From the NCBI GenBank assembly GCA_045592105.1, contig JAZNUB010000033.1, positions 162 to 64,161 of the forward strand: 64,000 nt of DNA. The letters run 5' to 3'. Shown here piece after piece: positions 1-7,976 of the stretch. How positions within the stretch are numbered: the first letter of the stretch is position 1; each line of letters begins with the position of its first letter. A model generated the notes under the pieces. The model was not told the DNA's origin. It did not search any database and saw nothing but the letters and a program-made list of their open reading frames with translations. The position numbers and the translations under genes were made by a program. This DNA comes from Eubacteriales bacterium (lineage in GTDB: Bacteria > Bacillota > Clostridia > Oscillospirales > CAG-382).

Positions 1-143
1 TACCTCGCACTCCTTTCGTTCGTTCTGCGTGCGTTTTATTGCTTATATTTTAGCAACTGCTTCTCATTTTGTCAACTCGTTTTTATTTCTCCCCGATATT
101 ATTATACAATATTTTGTCGGAATAAAACTCCCTTTTAAAGGTG

Positions 144-171
144 TTGACAAACGCGTTTTATGTGCTATAAT
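144..171 (+). promoter_or_regulatory. sigma-A-type promoter driving a short non-coding transcript
   Basis: TTGACA at 144-149, 16-nt spacer, extended -10 TGcTATAAT ending at 171. Confidence 0.5.
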
Positions 172-177
172 ATATAT

Positions 178-270
178 AGAAAGGGTGCTACCGATAGACG
201 GTTTACCCCCACTAAGTTAGGTTAAAAGATCTAACCGCTCAGATTGGATGGCTGGCGGTTATTTCTTTTT
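178..270 (+). ncRNA. candidate ~90-nt cis-antisense sRNA (putative type I antitoxin RNA)
   Basis: Lies between the 144-171 promoter and the hairpin TAACCGC(232-238)/GCGGTTA(255-261) followed by TTTCTTTTT. No RBS-preceded ORF. Its 3' end overlaps the stop codon and 3' end of the convergent 22-aa ORF. Confidence 0.35.
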
Positions 271-327
271 GCCAAGAAGTATAATTAATAAAACTAATAA
301 AATTATCAGAGCTATTAAGTAATCCAT
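259..327 (-). CDS. 22-aa hydrophobic peptide MDYLIALIILLVLLIILLGKKK (type I toxin-like small membrane peptide)
   Basis: Hand-translated (below the 60-aa ORF-track threshold). ATG at 327, TAA at 261-259. GGGGGA SD lies 7 nt upstream and sits in the 3' arm of the hairpin CCCCCGAAAGGGGG (336-349). One TM-like helix plus a KKK tail. Confidence 0.4.
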   Translation of the reverse strand: MDYLIALIILLVLLIILLGKKK

Positions 328-394
328 AAGCAAATCCCCCTTTCGGGGGCAGCATTAAACCGCCTACCGTGTGTATCGTAACACCCTGTCTAAC

Positions 395-422
395 ATTATA
401 TACGCCTTGGCTTTTTTGTCAA
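395..422 (-). promoter_or_regulatory. sigma-A-type promoter for the small-peptide mRNA
   Basis: On the minus strand: TTGACA (422-417), 16-nt spacer, TATAAT (400-395). A 22-nt perfect palindrome AATGTGCTCACGTGAGCACATT (431-452) lies just upstream. Confidence 0.5.
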
Positions 423-430
423 GGCTTTTA

Positions 431-650
431 AATGTGCTCACGTGAGCACATTCAGACCGCTGACTTTTATCTTTGTCAGCGGTCTGAATCGACAGGTTTC
501 GACCTGTCGATTTTTTATCCATTGCGAAAGCAATGGTATATCATCGCCGTAGGGCGTATATCATCACGCGAAGCGTGTATCTCATCAGCCGTAGGCTGTA
601 TTCCGCTTTCGCAATGATGACATACAAGGCTTCGCCGTGATTTGTGCGAG
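431..650. repeat. composite 'terminator + hairpin-ladder' repeat, copy 1
   Basis: 13-bp hairpin 452-487. 10-bp hairpin with TTCG loop 488-511 followed by a T-run. Then 10-mers TATATCATC(A)/GTATCTCATCA (537, 556, 577) and inverted TGATGACATAC (615), separated by short GNRA/triloop hairpins. Positions 545-620 match 17718-17793 at 73/76. Confidence 0.75.
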
Positions 651-748
651 GGTTCAAAGTTATATGAATATTTTGTATGTTATATACAAATTGGCGCAAT
701 GGATATTGTAAGCCGTGCCAAAAAAGAAGGATTTGTGCTGTAAATAAC

Positions 749-777
749 TTGAAAAAATGCGTGTGTAGTAATATAAT
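749..777 (+). promoter_or_regulatory. sigma-A-type promoter upstream of the GH43 gene
   Basis: TTGAAA 749-754, 17-nt spacer, TATAAT 772-777. RBS AAGGGGG before the ATG at 827. Confidence 0.5.
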
Positions 778-826
778 GGGGTATCAGTATTTAAATATTA
801 CGTATTAATCAAAGGGGGCTATCTCT

Positions 827-2473
827 ATGTCGGCAGCAGAACGAACTTCTATTGAAAAAATCATTGCATCTAATCTATCCCGCAACTATCCTAAAGAGGG
901 TGTTGCTGTTACCAAGCAGGGCATAACCGTTGCGCCCGACCCGTGGATTGCAAAAAAGGGAAAATACTATTACTTTTGCTATTCCGGCGGTGATGGGGTG
1001 TACGTATCCGCCGCCGATGGCTTGGATAAGACCGCAACAAACGGCAACAGGGTGTATACTGCGCCTGTGGGCACAATGTATTCTTTGGAATACTGGGCAC
1101 CTGAGCTGCACTATATAAACGGAGAGTGGTATATATACGTTGCCGCAGATGACGGAAACAACGATAACCACAGAATGTACGTGCTAAAGGGCACCAGCCA
1201 AGACCCTACCCAGCCTTTTACAATGGTTGGCAAGATTACGGACAGCACGGACAAATGGGCGATAGATGCAACGATACTGCAAGCAGATGATGGCGGGCTT
1301 TATTTTATATGGTCGGGCTGGCCGGGGGACGTGAACTACGTTCAAAACATATATATAGCGAAGATGAGCAGCCCCACGCAGATTGGTAGCGAAAGGGTGC
1401 TTTTGTCCACGCCTTCGTACCCGTGGGAAGTGATAGGCATGCCCAACGTAAACGAAGGGCCTGCCGTTTTAACGCATAGCGGCAGATGGGGGAAGATTAC
1501 GCATAACGGTGTAACGGGCTGGATAAATCTTGATTATACCGAGGTGGTAAACGGCGTTACGGACAGAAGCAATTACAAAGCAAACGTGCAGTACCGCGTT
1601 ACGGCGGATGCGCTTAGCATAATGGCTTCTCATTCCGCAAACAGCGGCTTGGTGGGTGCTGTGCTTAAGGGCGAGGTGGTTACCGCAACCGCTATCAGCA
1701 AAACGTATCATATAGTGTATTCTGCCAGCGGCAGTTGGACGGATGATTATTGCTTAGGCGTTCTAAGTTGCAGTGATGGTAACTTCCTTAACGCATCCTC
1801 TTGGGTAAAGAATCCTGAGCCGCTTTTGGTTAAAGCAGAGAAGGCGTTTGGCCCCGGACATTGTAGCTTTACAAAAAGCTATGACGACAGCGAGGATTGG
1901 ATTGTTTATCACGCTAAATCGGCTTCCGGCACGGGCTGGGACGATAGATCCGTGCGTTATCAAAAGATTAGCTGGAACGGTGATTATCCCGTGCTTTCAA
2001 CTGCGCCCGCCGTTCATAGCGAGGTTGCAATGAAGTGCGATGGCTTGCGCCGTGTTGACGTAGGCACTAACTTTTATGCCGAAATAGTTCACCAAAGCGG
2101 TATGTACGTTACCGCGGCTGGCTCAAGCCTTAAATTAGAAAGCGCGTCCGGTGATAACGGGCTTTGGAAGTTTACAAGGAATATCGACGGTACTTATCTT
2201 ATAACCTCCGCCGCAAGCGGCGTTGCAATAGACGTAACGGGTGGGGACGGCCACTACAACAACGGAAACGGCGTTGGGCTTTCTGCCGCAACGGGCGACC
2301 AACAGCAAAGATGGGGGCTTATGATTGACGATAAGGGCTATTTCCGTTTGAAATCCTTCGGCGGCAAAACCGTGCTTGACCTTTGCGATAACAACGCAGA
2401 CGCAGGTGCCGGTTTGCATCTGTGGGAAGAGAACGACGGAGATTCTCAAAGGTTTGTGCTTGTTGTTAAGTAA
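827..2473 (+). CDS. glycoside hydrolase family 43-like enzyme with internal SH3b-like insertion and C-terminal ricin-type (beta-trefoil) lectin domain
   Basis: GH43 hallmarks APDPW, WAPELH...YIYVA, IDATIL, NEGPAV...YSASGSW. C-terminal trefoil repeats GLWKF / QQRWGL / SQRFVL. No N-terminal signal peptide visible. Confidence 0.8.
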   Translation: MSAAERTSIEKIIASNLSRNYPKEGVAVTKQGITVAPDPWIAKKGKYYYFCYSGGDGVYVSAADGLDKTATNGNRVYTAPVGTMYSLEYWAPELHYINGEWYIYVAADDGNNDNHRMYVLKGTSQDPTQPFTMVGKITDSTDKWAIDATILQADDGGLYFIWSGWPGDVNYVQNIYIAKMSSPTQIGSERVLLSTPSYPWEVIGMPNVNEGPAVLTHSGRWGKITHNGVTGWINLDYTEVVNGVTDRSNYKANVQYRVTADALSIMASHSANSGLVGAVLKGEVVTATAISKTYHIVYSASGSWTDDYCLGVLSCSDGNFLNASSWVKNPEPLLVKAEKAFGPGHCSFTKSYDDSEDWIVYHAKSASGTGWDDRSVRYQKISWNGDYPVLSTAPAVHSEVAMKCDGLRRVDVGTNFYAEIVHQSGMYVTAAGSSLKLESASGDNGLWKFTRNIDGTYLITSAASGVAIDVTGGDGHYNNGNGVGLSAATGDQQQRWGLMIDDKGYFRLKSFGGKTVLDLCDNNADAGAGLHLWEENDGDSQRFVLVVK

Positions 2474-2544
2474 TAAGTTGTAGTAAATATATTAGGCAAG
2501 GGGCTGTCTCAAATTGAAATTTTGAGATGAAACCATATACAAAA

Positions 2545-2587
2545 GCAAAAAAATCAAGGGCAGTCAAATAACGCCCTTGATTTTTTG
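2545..2587. terminator. bidirectional rho-independent terminator
   Basis: ATCAAGGGC (2553-2561) pairs with GCCCTTGAT (2573-2581). A-run upstream and T-run downstream. Sits between convergent genes. Confidence 0.6.
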
Positions 2588-2648
2588 TTAAGGTTGCACA
2601 TAGCGTTCACAATTTGTTAATGCTATGAGACGACCCCCGTTTTCTAAA

Positions 2649-2912
2649 CTAATTCTTTCTGGAGCAAGCCATTACCAAGGATACTACCCAACCAATAAAG
2701 GACCAACCGAGGAATATGTTTAAAACTATGATAGCGCCTTTATTTGGATGCTTTCTGCAAAGAGCTACTATTGTGGGGATAAAGTAAACCGCCAAGCCGA
2801 TTATTGCCACTACTGCAAACAGTATTATCATAACGATGCTTAAGCCTGCAAAAGCGGTTGCTTCACCCGATGAGTCTGCTACACTAGCCAAATAACTAAG
2901 CATATTTAACAC
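2649..2912 (-). CDS. superinfection-immunity (Imm)-family small membrane protein
   Basis: 87 aa with two TM segments. Motif YFIPTIVALCRKHPNKGAIIVLNIFLGWSFIGWVVSLV is typical of the T4 Imm-like family. Confidence 0.7.
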   Translation of the reverse strand: MLNMLSYLASVADSSGEATAFAGLSIVMIILFAVVAIIGLAVYFIPTIVALCRKHPNKGAIIVLNIFLGWSFIGWVVSLVMACSRKN

Positions 2913-2991
2913 CTCTTTTTATCTTGATGCTTTAATTATACTTGAAAAATGAATTTTGTCAAGTATCAAGCATCCTCTGCCCGTGGTGTTG

Positions 2992-3423
2992 CTATGCGTT
3001 TTTGATGTATTTCTTCAGCTTCTTTTTGGTGTTGGGCTTTTTAAAGCAGAAAGCAAGAAACCCAAGCAATGTGCCTGCCGCCGCCGCACCGAAAAGCGGA
3101 AGCGGGTACGCTCTATCGCCGCCAAAGCAAAGCGAAAACAGCACAAGCACGCCTGCAAACAACGCGCCGCAGTATACGCCTGTAAGCGCTTTGCCGCCTT
3201 GCTTTGCGCCAAGCGCGGTGGAGGTAATTGCCCCTGCAAACACGCATATCGCGGCTACTGCCGTACCAAGCGAAAGCGCGTTGCCCATCTTAATCGCTAC
3301 CACCGCACCCGCAAGGCTAACCGCAAGGCACGCACCAAGCCCTGCCGCAAGGCTTATAAGCAGTTTTTTTATCAGCGTTTTTTCGCCTTTTGTTTTTCTT
3401 TTTGTTGCCGTCATTATAAACAC
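2992..3423 (-). CDS. Gly/Ala-rich integral membrane protein (TIGR04086-like)
   Basis: 143 aa with four predicted TM helices rich in G/A and lysine-rich termini. Family assignment is from memory. Confidence 0.55.
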   Translation of the reverse strand: MFIMTATKRKTKGEKTLIKKLLISLAAGLGACLAVSLAGAVVAIKMGNALSLGTAVAAICVFAGAITSTALGAKQGGKALTGVYCGALFAGVLVLFSLCFGGDRAYPLPLFGAAAAGTLLGFLAFCFKKPNTKKKLKKYIKNA

Positions 3424-3458
3424 CCCTTTGTAAAAAGGGTATGCGGCGTTAGGCGTTA

Positions 3459-4562
3459 TTATGCAAATATTTCTTTAATAAGTGCCGCCGTTCTTTTGTC
3501 CACGCGCGCAAAGCTCATAGCGGGGATGTAGATGCCCTCAAGCTTTTCGTGCAGGCTTCGCGCTTCCGCAAGCGCATCTCTTGCCGCTTCCGTAAGCCCT
3601 TTCCGCGCCTTTTCCAAAAACCGCCGTTGATGGCGCGTTCTTCTTATCTGCTCCTTGTCCACAAAGCGTTCCATATTAACCACGTTGCTTGCCGTTTCAA
3701 CCCCGTCGCCGCAGAACAAAACGCCGCTTTCGTCCATACGCACAGCCTCTATCCTGTGCGGGCTTTGTGCATCGGGCGATATCGTTATGGAAGCCCCCCT
3801 GTCCACGCAAGCGGCAAACAGCGCACGGTAAAAGTGGTGCGCTATATCGTATGGGTCGTTTACCGCGTATATCTCGCTTGCGCCGTAGCCATCGGCACTT
3901 ACCAAGCCCTTGCCGCAAAACGCTTTGCGTGGGCGCAGCCTTATATGCGTTTCGCCCGCCGCCTGCTTTGCCGCTATCCGCTTTGCCGCGCCTTCCATTT
4001 TGCCCCAAAGCACAGCGCTGTCCGTTAGCTGTGAAATCTGCATTCTTATGCCGCCTGCCGCCGCAAGCAGCCCGTAAGCTCGCTTGTAGCACGCCTTCTT
4101 TTTGTCCGTTAGCTCTATTATCTCCGTAGACCGTTCCCTCAGCTTTTTGGTGTTTAGGTACTCGCCAAGGTCAACAATGCTGTCTACAACCCCCGTATAT
4201 CTCGGCGCGCGCTCGTGCGGGGCTGTGCCGTCAAGCACGCCAACTCCGCGCTGTCTTAGTATAACACCGTCCAAGCTGTCGGGGTCGGAGGCGCAGTATA
4301 CCGGCTCCACCGTTTCTCCGCGCCTTTCCGCCTCCGCCGCAACCGCCCTCATAAGCGACGACTTACCACAGCCACAGCCACCCTTTAATATGTATAGCCT
4401 GTCTAAGCCCTTGAAAACGGTATCGAAATAGTTTACAAATCCGCGCTCGCCGTTCGCGCCGCCGAAACAACCACCTGTTATAACCATCGTTTCGCCCGTA
4501 AATACAGGCGTTCTCCCCCTTTCTGCAACAAAAAAGTAGCTTTTCCGTATTGACACGGTCAA
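3459..4562 (-). CDS. uncharacterised P-loop NTPase
   Basis: Walker A GGCGCGKSSLM. The start is uncertain: the ATG at 4562 lacks an RBS and overlaps the divergent promoter. Alternative ATG at 4487. Confidence 0.65.
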   Translation of the reverse strand: MTVSIRKSYFFVAERGRTPVFTGETMVITGGCFGGANGERGFVNYFDTVFKGLDRLYILKGGCGCGKSSLMRAVAAEAERRGETVEPVYCASDPDSLDGVILRQRGVGVLDGTAPHERAPRYTGVVDSIVDLGEYLNTKKLRERSTEIIELTDKKKACYKRAYGLLAAAGGIRMQISQLTDSAVLWGKMEGAAKRIAAKQAAGETHIRLRPRKAFCGKGLVSADGYGASEIYAVNDPYDIAHHFYRALFAACVDRGASITISPDAQSPHRIEAVRMDESGVLFCGDGVETASNVVNMERFVDKEQIRRTRHQRRFLEKARKGLTEAARDALAEARSLHEKLEGIYIPAMSFARVDKRTAALIKEIFA

Positions 4563-4578
4563 AGCTAATGAGTATAAT
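4550..4578 (+). promoter_or_regulatory. sigma-A-type promoter for the nucleotidyltransferase/typA unit
   Basis: TTGACA 4550-4555, 17-nt spacer, TATAAT 4573-4578. Confidence 0.5.
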
Positions 4579-4628
4579 GTAATATTAGATTATGCGTTAT
4601 TACGCTGTTTTGACAGGAGAATTATTAA

Positions 4629-5360
4629 ATGAAATTACTTATACTTGCCGCAGGGCAGGGCAAGCGTTTGGGCTGTGAGCAAACGCTTATACCCAAGGTT
4701 ATGCGTACCGCGCTTGGCAAGCCGCTTATTCAGTACGTTTTAGAGGCGGCGGATTTTGTGCCTGAAAAGGACGTTTGGGTGGTGGTAGGCTTCCAAAAGC
4801 AGGTTGTTATGGAGGCGTTCCCCAATCTTAACTTCGCTTGTCAGGAGCAAAGGCTTGGCACGGGGCACGCGGTTATGTGCGCCGCAGAGGCTATGGGTGA
4901 GTGTGATGACGATATTATGGTTATCAACGGCGATATGCCTCTTTTCCGTAAGGAAACGCTGAGGGCTATAATGGAAGCGCACAAGCAAAACGGGGCAGCT
5001 TGCACTATGGTTACCTTCAACGCCGTTGGGGAGATACCGCCTTTCGGCCATATACTTCGCGATAAGGACGGGTTTGTTGAAGCTATCGTGGAGCATAAGG
5101 ATGCAACGGAGGAGCAAAAGCTTATCCGTGAGCTTAACGCGGGGCTTTACATATTCCGCGGCAAGGCGTTGTTTGGCGCGTTGCCAAAGCTGCAAAAAAG
5201 CGCCGTAAGCGGGGAATACTATTTAACGGACGTGCCCGCCGTGCTTGCTTTGGAGGGTGAAAAAACCGCGGCGTTTATGCTTCCGGACGAAAGTGAAGTG
5301 CTTGGCGTTAATACTGTAGAGGATCTTGAGGCTGTTGAAAAAGCATTAAAGAACAAATAA
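4629..5360 (+). CDS. sugar-1-phosphate nucleotidyltransferase, GlmU N-terminal-domain-like (no acetyltransferase LbH domain)
   Basis: LILAAGQGKRLG and QEQRLGTGHAV motifs. Only 243 aa long. Confidence 0.8.
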   Translation: MKLLILAAGQGKRLGCEQTLIPKVMRTALGKPLIQYVLEAADFVPEKDVWVVVGFQKQVVMEAFPNLNFACQEQRLGTGHAVMCAAEAMGECDDDIMVINGDMPLFRKETLRAIMEAHKQNGAACTMVTFNAVGEIPPFGHILRDKDGFVEAIVEHKDATEEQKLIRELNAGLYIFRGKALFGALPKLQKSAVSGEYYLTDVPAVLALEGEKTAAFMLPDESEVLGVNTVEDLEAVEKALKNK

Positions 5361-5387
5361 TACTAAAAGAAAAGCAGGTAATATATT

Positions 5388-7211
5388 TTGGTTCGTAACG
5401 ATTTAAGAAATGTAGCAATAATAGCACACGTTGACCACGGCAAAACCACGCTTGTGGACGGTATGCTTAAATTCAGCGGCACCTTTAGGGAAAACCAAGA
5501 GGTTGCGGAGCGCGTGATGGACAGTAACGCGCTTGAGCGTGAGCGTGGTATTACCATACTTGCAAAAAACACCGCCGCTTTTTATAACGGCGTTAAGATC
5601 AACATTATAGATACCCCCGGCCACGCCGATTTCGGTGGTGAGGTGGAGCGTATACTTAAAATGGTAAACGGCGTTTTGCTGCTTGTGGACGCGGCAGAGG
5701 GCCCGATGCCCCAAACCCGCTTCGTGCTTCAAAAGGCTATCGAGCTTGGGCATAGAATTATAGTAGTTGTTAATAAGATAGACCGCCCCGATGCGCGCGT
5801 TTACGAGATTGGGGACGAGGTTTTGGAGCTTCTTCTTGACCTTGACGCTAATGACGACCAGCTTGAAAGCCCCGTGCTTTTCTGCTCGGCTCGTAACGCA
5901 ACGGCAAGCCTCTCGCCCGACCATCAGGGTGAGGATTTGTCGCCCCTTTTCGACACGATTCTTGAGCATATCCCCGCACCTGAGGGGGACGAAACGGGTG
6001 AGGCGCAAATGCTTGTTTCCGCTGTTGACTATAACGATTACGTTGGTAAGATAGCCATAGGCAGGATAGAGCGCGGCGGTATCAAAGTTAAGCAGGACGT
6101 GCTTGTGTGCGACTATCACAACGACGTAGCTCCCTACAAGAGCAAGATAAGCGCTATGTATCAGATAGAGGGGCTTGTAAGAAAGCCTGTTGAGGAAGCG
6201 CGCGTTGGTGATATAATCTGCGTTTCGGGTATCGAGGATATCAATATCGGTAACACCATCTGCTCTACCGAAGGGGCGGACCCGCTTCCCTTCGTTAAGA
6301 TTGGTGACCCCACTATTGAAATGACCTTCTCCGTTAATACAGGCCCCTTTGCGGGCAGAGAGGGTAAGTACGTTACCACCCGCCATATAAGAGATTATCT
6401 GTTTAAGGAAGCTATGAAGGATATGTCGCTTCGCGTTAGCGAAACCGACAGTGCCGATAGCTACAACGTTGCGGGCAGAGGTGAGATGCACCTTTCCATA
6501 CTTATGGAGAATATGCGCCGTGATGGCTTTGAGTTTATGGTTAGCACTCCGCGTATTATATATAAGGAGATAGACGGCGTTTTGTGCGAGCCTGTTGACC
6601 GTGCGGTTATGGACGTTCCGCAGGATTACGTTAGCGCGGTTATGGAAAAGATGGGCTACCGCAAGGGCGAGCTTGTGGAGATGAACCCCAAGGGCAGCCG
6701 TATGCATCTGGAGTTTTTGATACCCACCCGCGGGCTTTTCGGCTATAAGACCGAGTTTTTGACAGATACGCGCGGAGAGGGCGTGCTTAACACCATTTTT
6801 GAACGCTACGAGCCTCAAAAGGGCGATATACAAAAACGCTTTACAGGCAGCCTTATCGCTTATGAGGACGGTGAAGCTACCTCCTACGGCTTGTTTAACG
6901 CGCAGGACAGAGGGCAGATGTTTATCGACCCCGCAACAAAGGTTTATGCGGGTATGATAGTTGGGCTTTCCCCTAAGGGCGACGATATAGTTGTAAACGT
7001 GTGCAAGAAGAAGCACCTTACCGCTATAAGAAGCGCGGGTGCGGACGAAGCTTTAAGGCTTGTTACACCTAAGAAGATGAGCCTTGAGGAAGCGATAGAG
7101 TTTATTGCAGACGATGAGCTTATAGAGATAACGCCTAAGTCCATAAGGCTTAGAAAGCGTATACTTGATAACGCAACGCGTATGAAGGAAAAGGCGAAGC
7201 TAAAGGGATAG
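5388..7211 (+). CDS. typA: translational GTPase TypA/BipA
   Basis: [21 protein letters not shown] and NKID motifs. 607 aa. TTG start. Confidence 0.95.
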   Translation: MVRNDLRNVAIIAHVDHGKTTLVDGMLKFSGTFRENQEVAERVMDSNALERERGITILAKNTAAFYNGVKINIIDTPGHADFGGEVERILKMVNGVLLLVDAAEGPMPQTRFVLQKAIELGHRIIVVVNKIDRPDARVYEIGDEVLELLLDLDANDDQLESPVLFCSARNATASLSPDHQGEDLSPLFDTILEHIPAPEGDETGEAQMLVSAVDYNDYVGKIAIGRIERGGIKVKQDVLVCDYHNDVAPYKSKISAMYQIEGLVRKPVEEARVGDIICVSGIEDINIGNTICSTEGADPLPFVKIGDPTIEMTFSVNTGPFAGREGKYVTTRHIRDYLFKEAMKDMSLRVSETDSADSYNVAGRGEMHLSILMENMRRDGFEFMVSTPRIIYKEIDGVLCEPVDRAVMDVPQDYVSAVMEKMGYRKGELVEMNPKGSRMHLEFLIPTRGLFGYKTEFLTDTRGEGVLNTIFERYEPQKGDIQKRFTGSLIAYEDGEATSYGLFNAQDRGQMFIDPATKVYAGMIVGLSPKGDDIVVNVCKKKHLTAIRSAGADEALRLVTPKKMSLEEAIEFIADDELIEITPKSIRLRKRILDNATRMKEKAKLKG

Positions 7212-7215
7212 TTTT

Positions 7216-7433
7216 CCCCACCACTCACTTTGTTCGTGGCGGGGACCCTGAAATATTACCCCCACCACTCACTTCGTTCGTGGCGGGGACCCCGAAGATT
7301 ACCCCACAAAAATACATTTTTGTGGGGACCCCAAGAATATATTTTTGGCTTTCGTTCGCTCGCGCCTCGCGCCGCTTTGCGGCACTCGCGAAAGCCCAAG
7401 GAATATTTTTTGCGGCACATGTCCGCAAAAAAT
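7216..7433 (+). repeat. structured 3'-UTR repeat element (family 2), copy A
   Basis: Two CCCCACCAC-loop-GTGGCGGGG hairpins (7216-7244, 7259-7288), CCCCACAAAAA..TTTTTGTGGGG (7302-7327), nested hairpin 7347-7396 and TTGCGGcacatgtCCGCAA (about 7407-7433). Homologous to 56439-56612. Confidence 0.75.
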
Positions 7434-7449
7434 ATGAGGTTTATATTTT

Positions 7450-7484
7450 AGGCTTGGTGTCAACCGCACCAAGCCTTGCTTTTT
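7450..7484 (+). terminator. rho-independent terminator after typA and its repeat
   Basis: AGGCTTGGTG/CACCAAGCCT stem followed by TGCTTTTT. Homologous to the terminator at 56631-56664. Confidence 0.6.
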
Positions 7485-7516
7485 AATGTCACAGCGGAGT
7501 TGTGTATCGTTTCCTA

Positions 7517-7546
7517 TTGACAAACATATAAAACCTATGATACAAT
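7517..7546 (+). promoter_or_regulatory. sigma-A-type promoter for tRNA-Ala
   Basis: TTGACA 7517-7522, 18-nt spacer, TGaTACAAT ending at 7546. The tRNA starts 11 nt downstream. Confidence 0.55.
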
Positions 7547-7556
7547 ATGCGTGCAC

Positions 7557-7632
7557 GGGGCATTAGCGCAGCTGGGAGCGCACAACACTGGCAGTGTTGG
7601 GGTCACGGGTTCGAGTCCCGTATGCTCCACCA
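7557..7632 (+). tRNA. tRNA-Ala (anticodon GGC), CCA encoded
   Basis: Hand-folded cloverleaf. Acceptor GGGGCAT/ATGCTCC with G3:U70, anticodon loop CTGGCAG, T-arm ACGGG-TTCGAGT-CCCGT. Confidence 0.95.
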
Positions 7633-7641
7633 AACAGTGAA

Positions 7642-7685
7642 AATCCGAACCTTTATCCAGTTGGAGAAGGGTTCGGATTTTTAGT
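7642..7685 (+). terminator. rho-independent terminator after tRNA-Ala
   Basis: AATCCGAACC / GGTTCGGATT stem followed by TTTT. Confidence 0.6.
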
Positions 7686-7910
7686 TATGCTTTGATGGCT
7701 CTTTGTAGGTAGTTAGGACAAAAGTTAAAAGGAATATAATGTAAGCAAGCAGTTGCCTTTTGACGACCGCTTGCTTTTTTGCTGGGGGGCGTTCCCTTGA
7801 TTTGTCAGTAAAGTATATTACACCGGTTTTGTAGTACGTGCACACAAATGTGCATATAAAAAACTTTTTGAAAAAACTTTTTCAAAAATTTTCCGGCTAT
7901 CGGAGAGGGC

Positions 7911-7940
7911 AAAGAAAAATCCCCTCTCTGCCGAGAGGGG
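7911..7940 (-). terminator. rho-independent terminator of the LRR-dockerin gene
   Basis: Minus strand: CCCCTCTC-ggca-GAGAGGGG (7940-7921) followed by ATTTTTCTTT. Confidence 0.6.
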
Positions 7941-7976
7941 AAGTCAAGTATGGTTTAGTGTTAAGCGTAAGTTTTT

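Noticed and set aside
29-220. 63-aa ORF at the window start, and 432-617 (61 aa).
   Set aside because: The first spans a consensus promoter and the sRNA. The second is encoded by the palindromes and hairpin ladder. Neither has an RBS.
431-650. Could the hairpin-ladder arrays (also 16538-16710 and 17560-17845) be miniature CRISPR arrays?
   Set aside because: The repeats are only ~10 nt and the 'spacers' only 11-17 nt and self-complementary. The repeats occur in both orientations within one array, and there are no cas genes. They are reported as a novel repeat instead.
2942-3531. Plus-strand ORFs 2942-3433 and 2956-3531 (163/191 aa).
   Set aside because: They are antisense to the Gly/Ala-rich membrane protein gene. 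The products are Arg/Lys/Ala low-complexity without an RBS.
5403-7016. Very long antisense ORFs opposite real genes: 5403-7016 (537 aa, opposite typA), 29815-31002 (glyQS), 36887-38212 (kinase), 44286-45164 (ecfA2), 50086-50817 (clp), 57041-57721 (dnaJ), 58446-59240 (dnaK), 15419-16012 (recombinase).
   Set aside because: The sense-strand proteins carry unmistakable family motifs. The antisense products are low-complexity (R/K/A/L/V-rich), lack RBSs and mirror the codon bias of the sense frame. They are treated as shadow ORFs.
7225-7556. Track ORFs inside the family-2 repeat (7225-7428, 7230-7451, 7280-7486, 7299-7556, plus 56448-56654 and 56485-56748). The two loci give similar peptides (RTCAAKNIPW.FASAA.RREARANES).
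   Set aside because: The similarity follows from DNA repeat identity. Differences between copies include a 1-nt indel and paired stem substitutions, which indicates structural rather than coding selection. No RBS is present.
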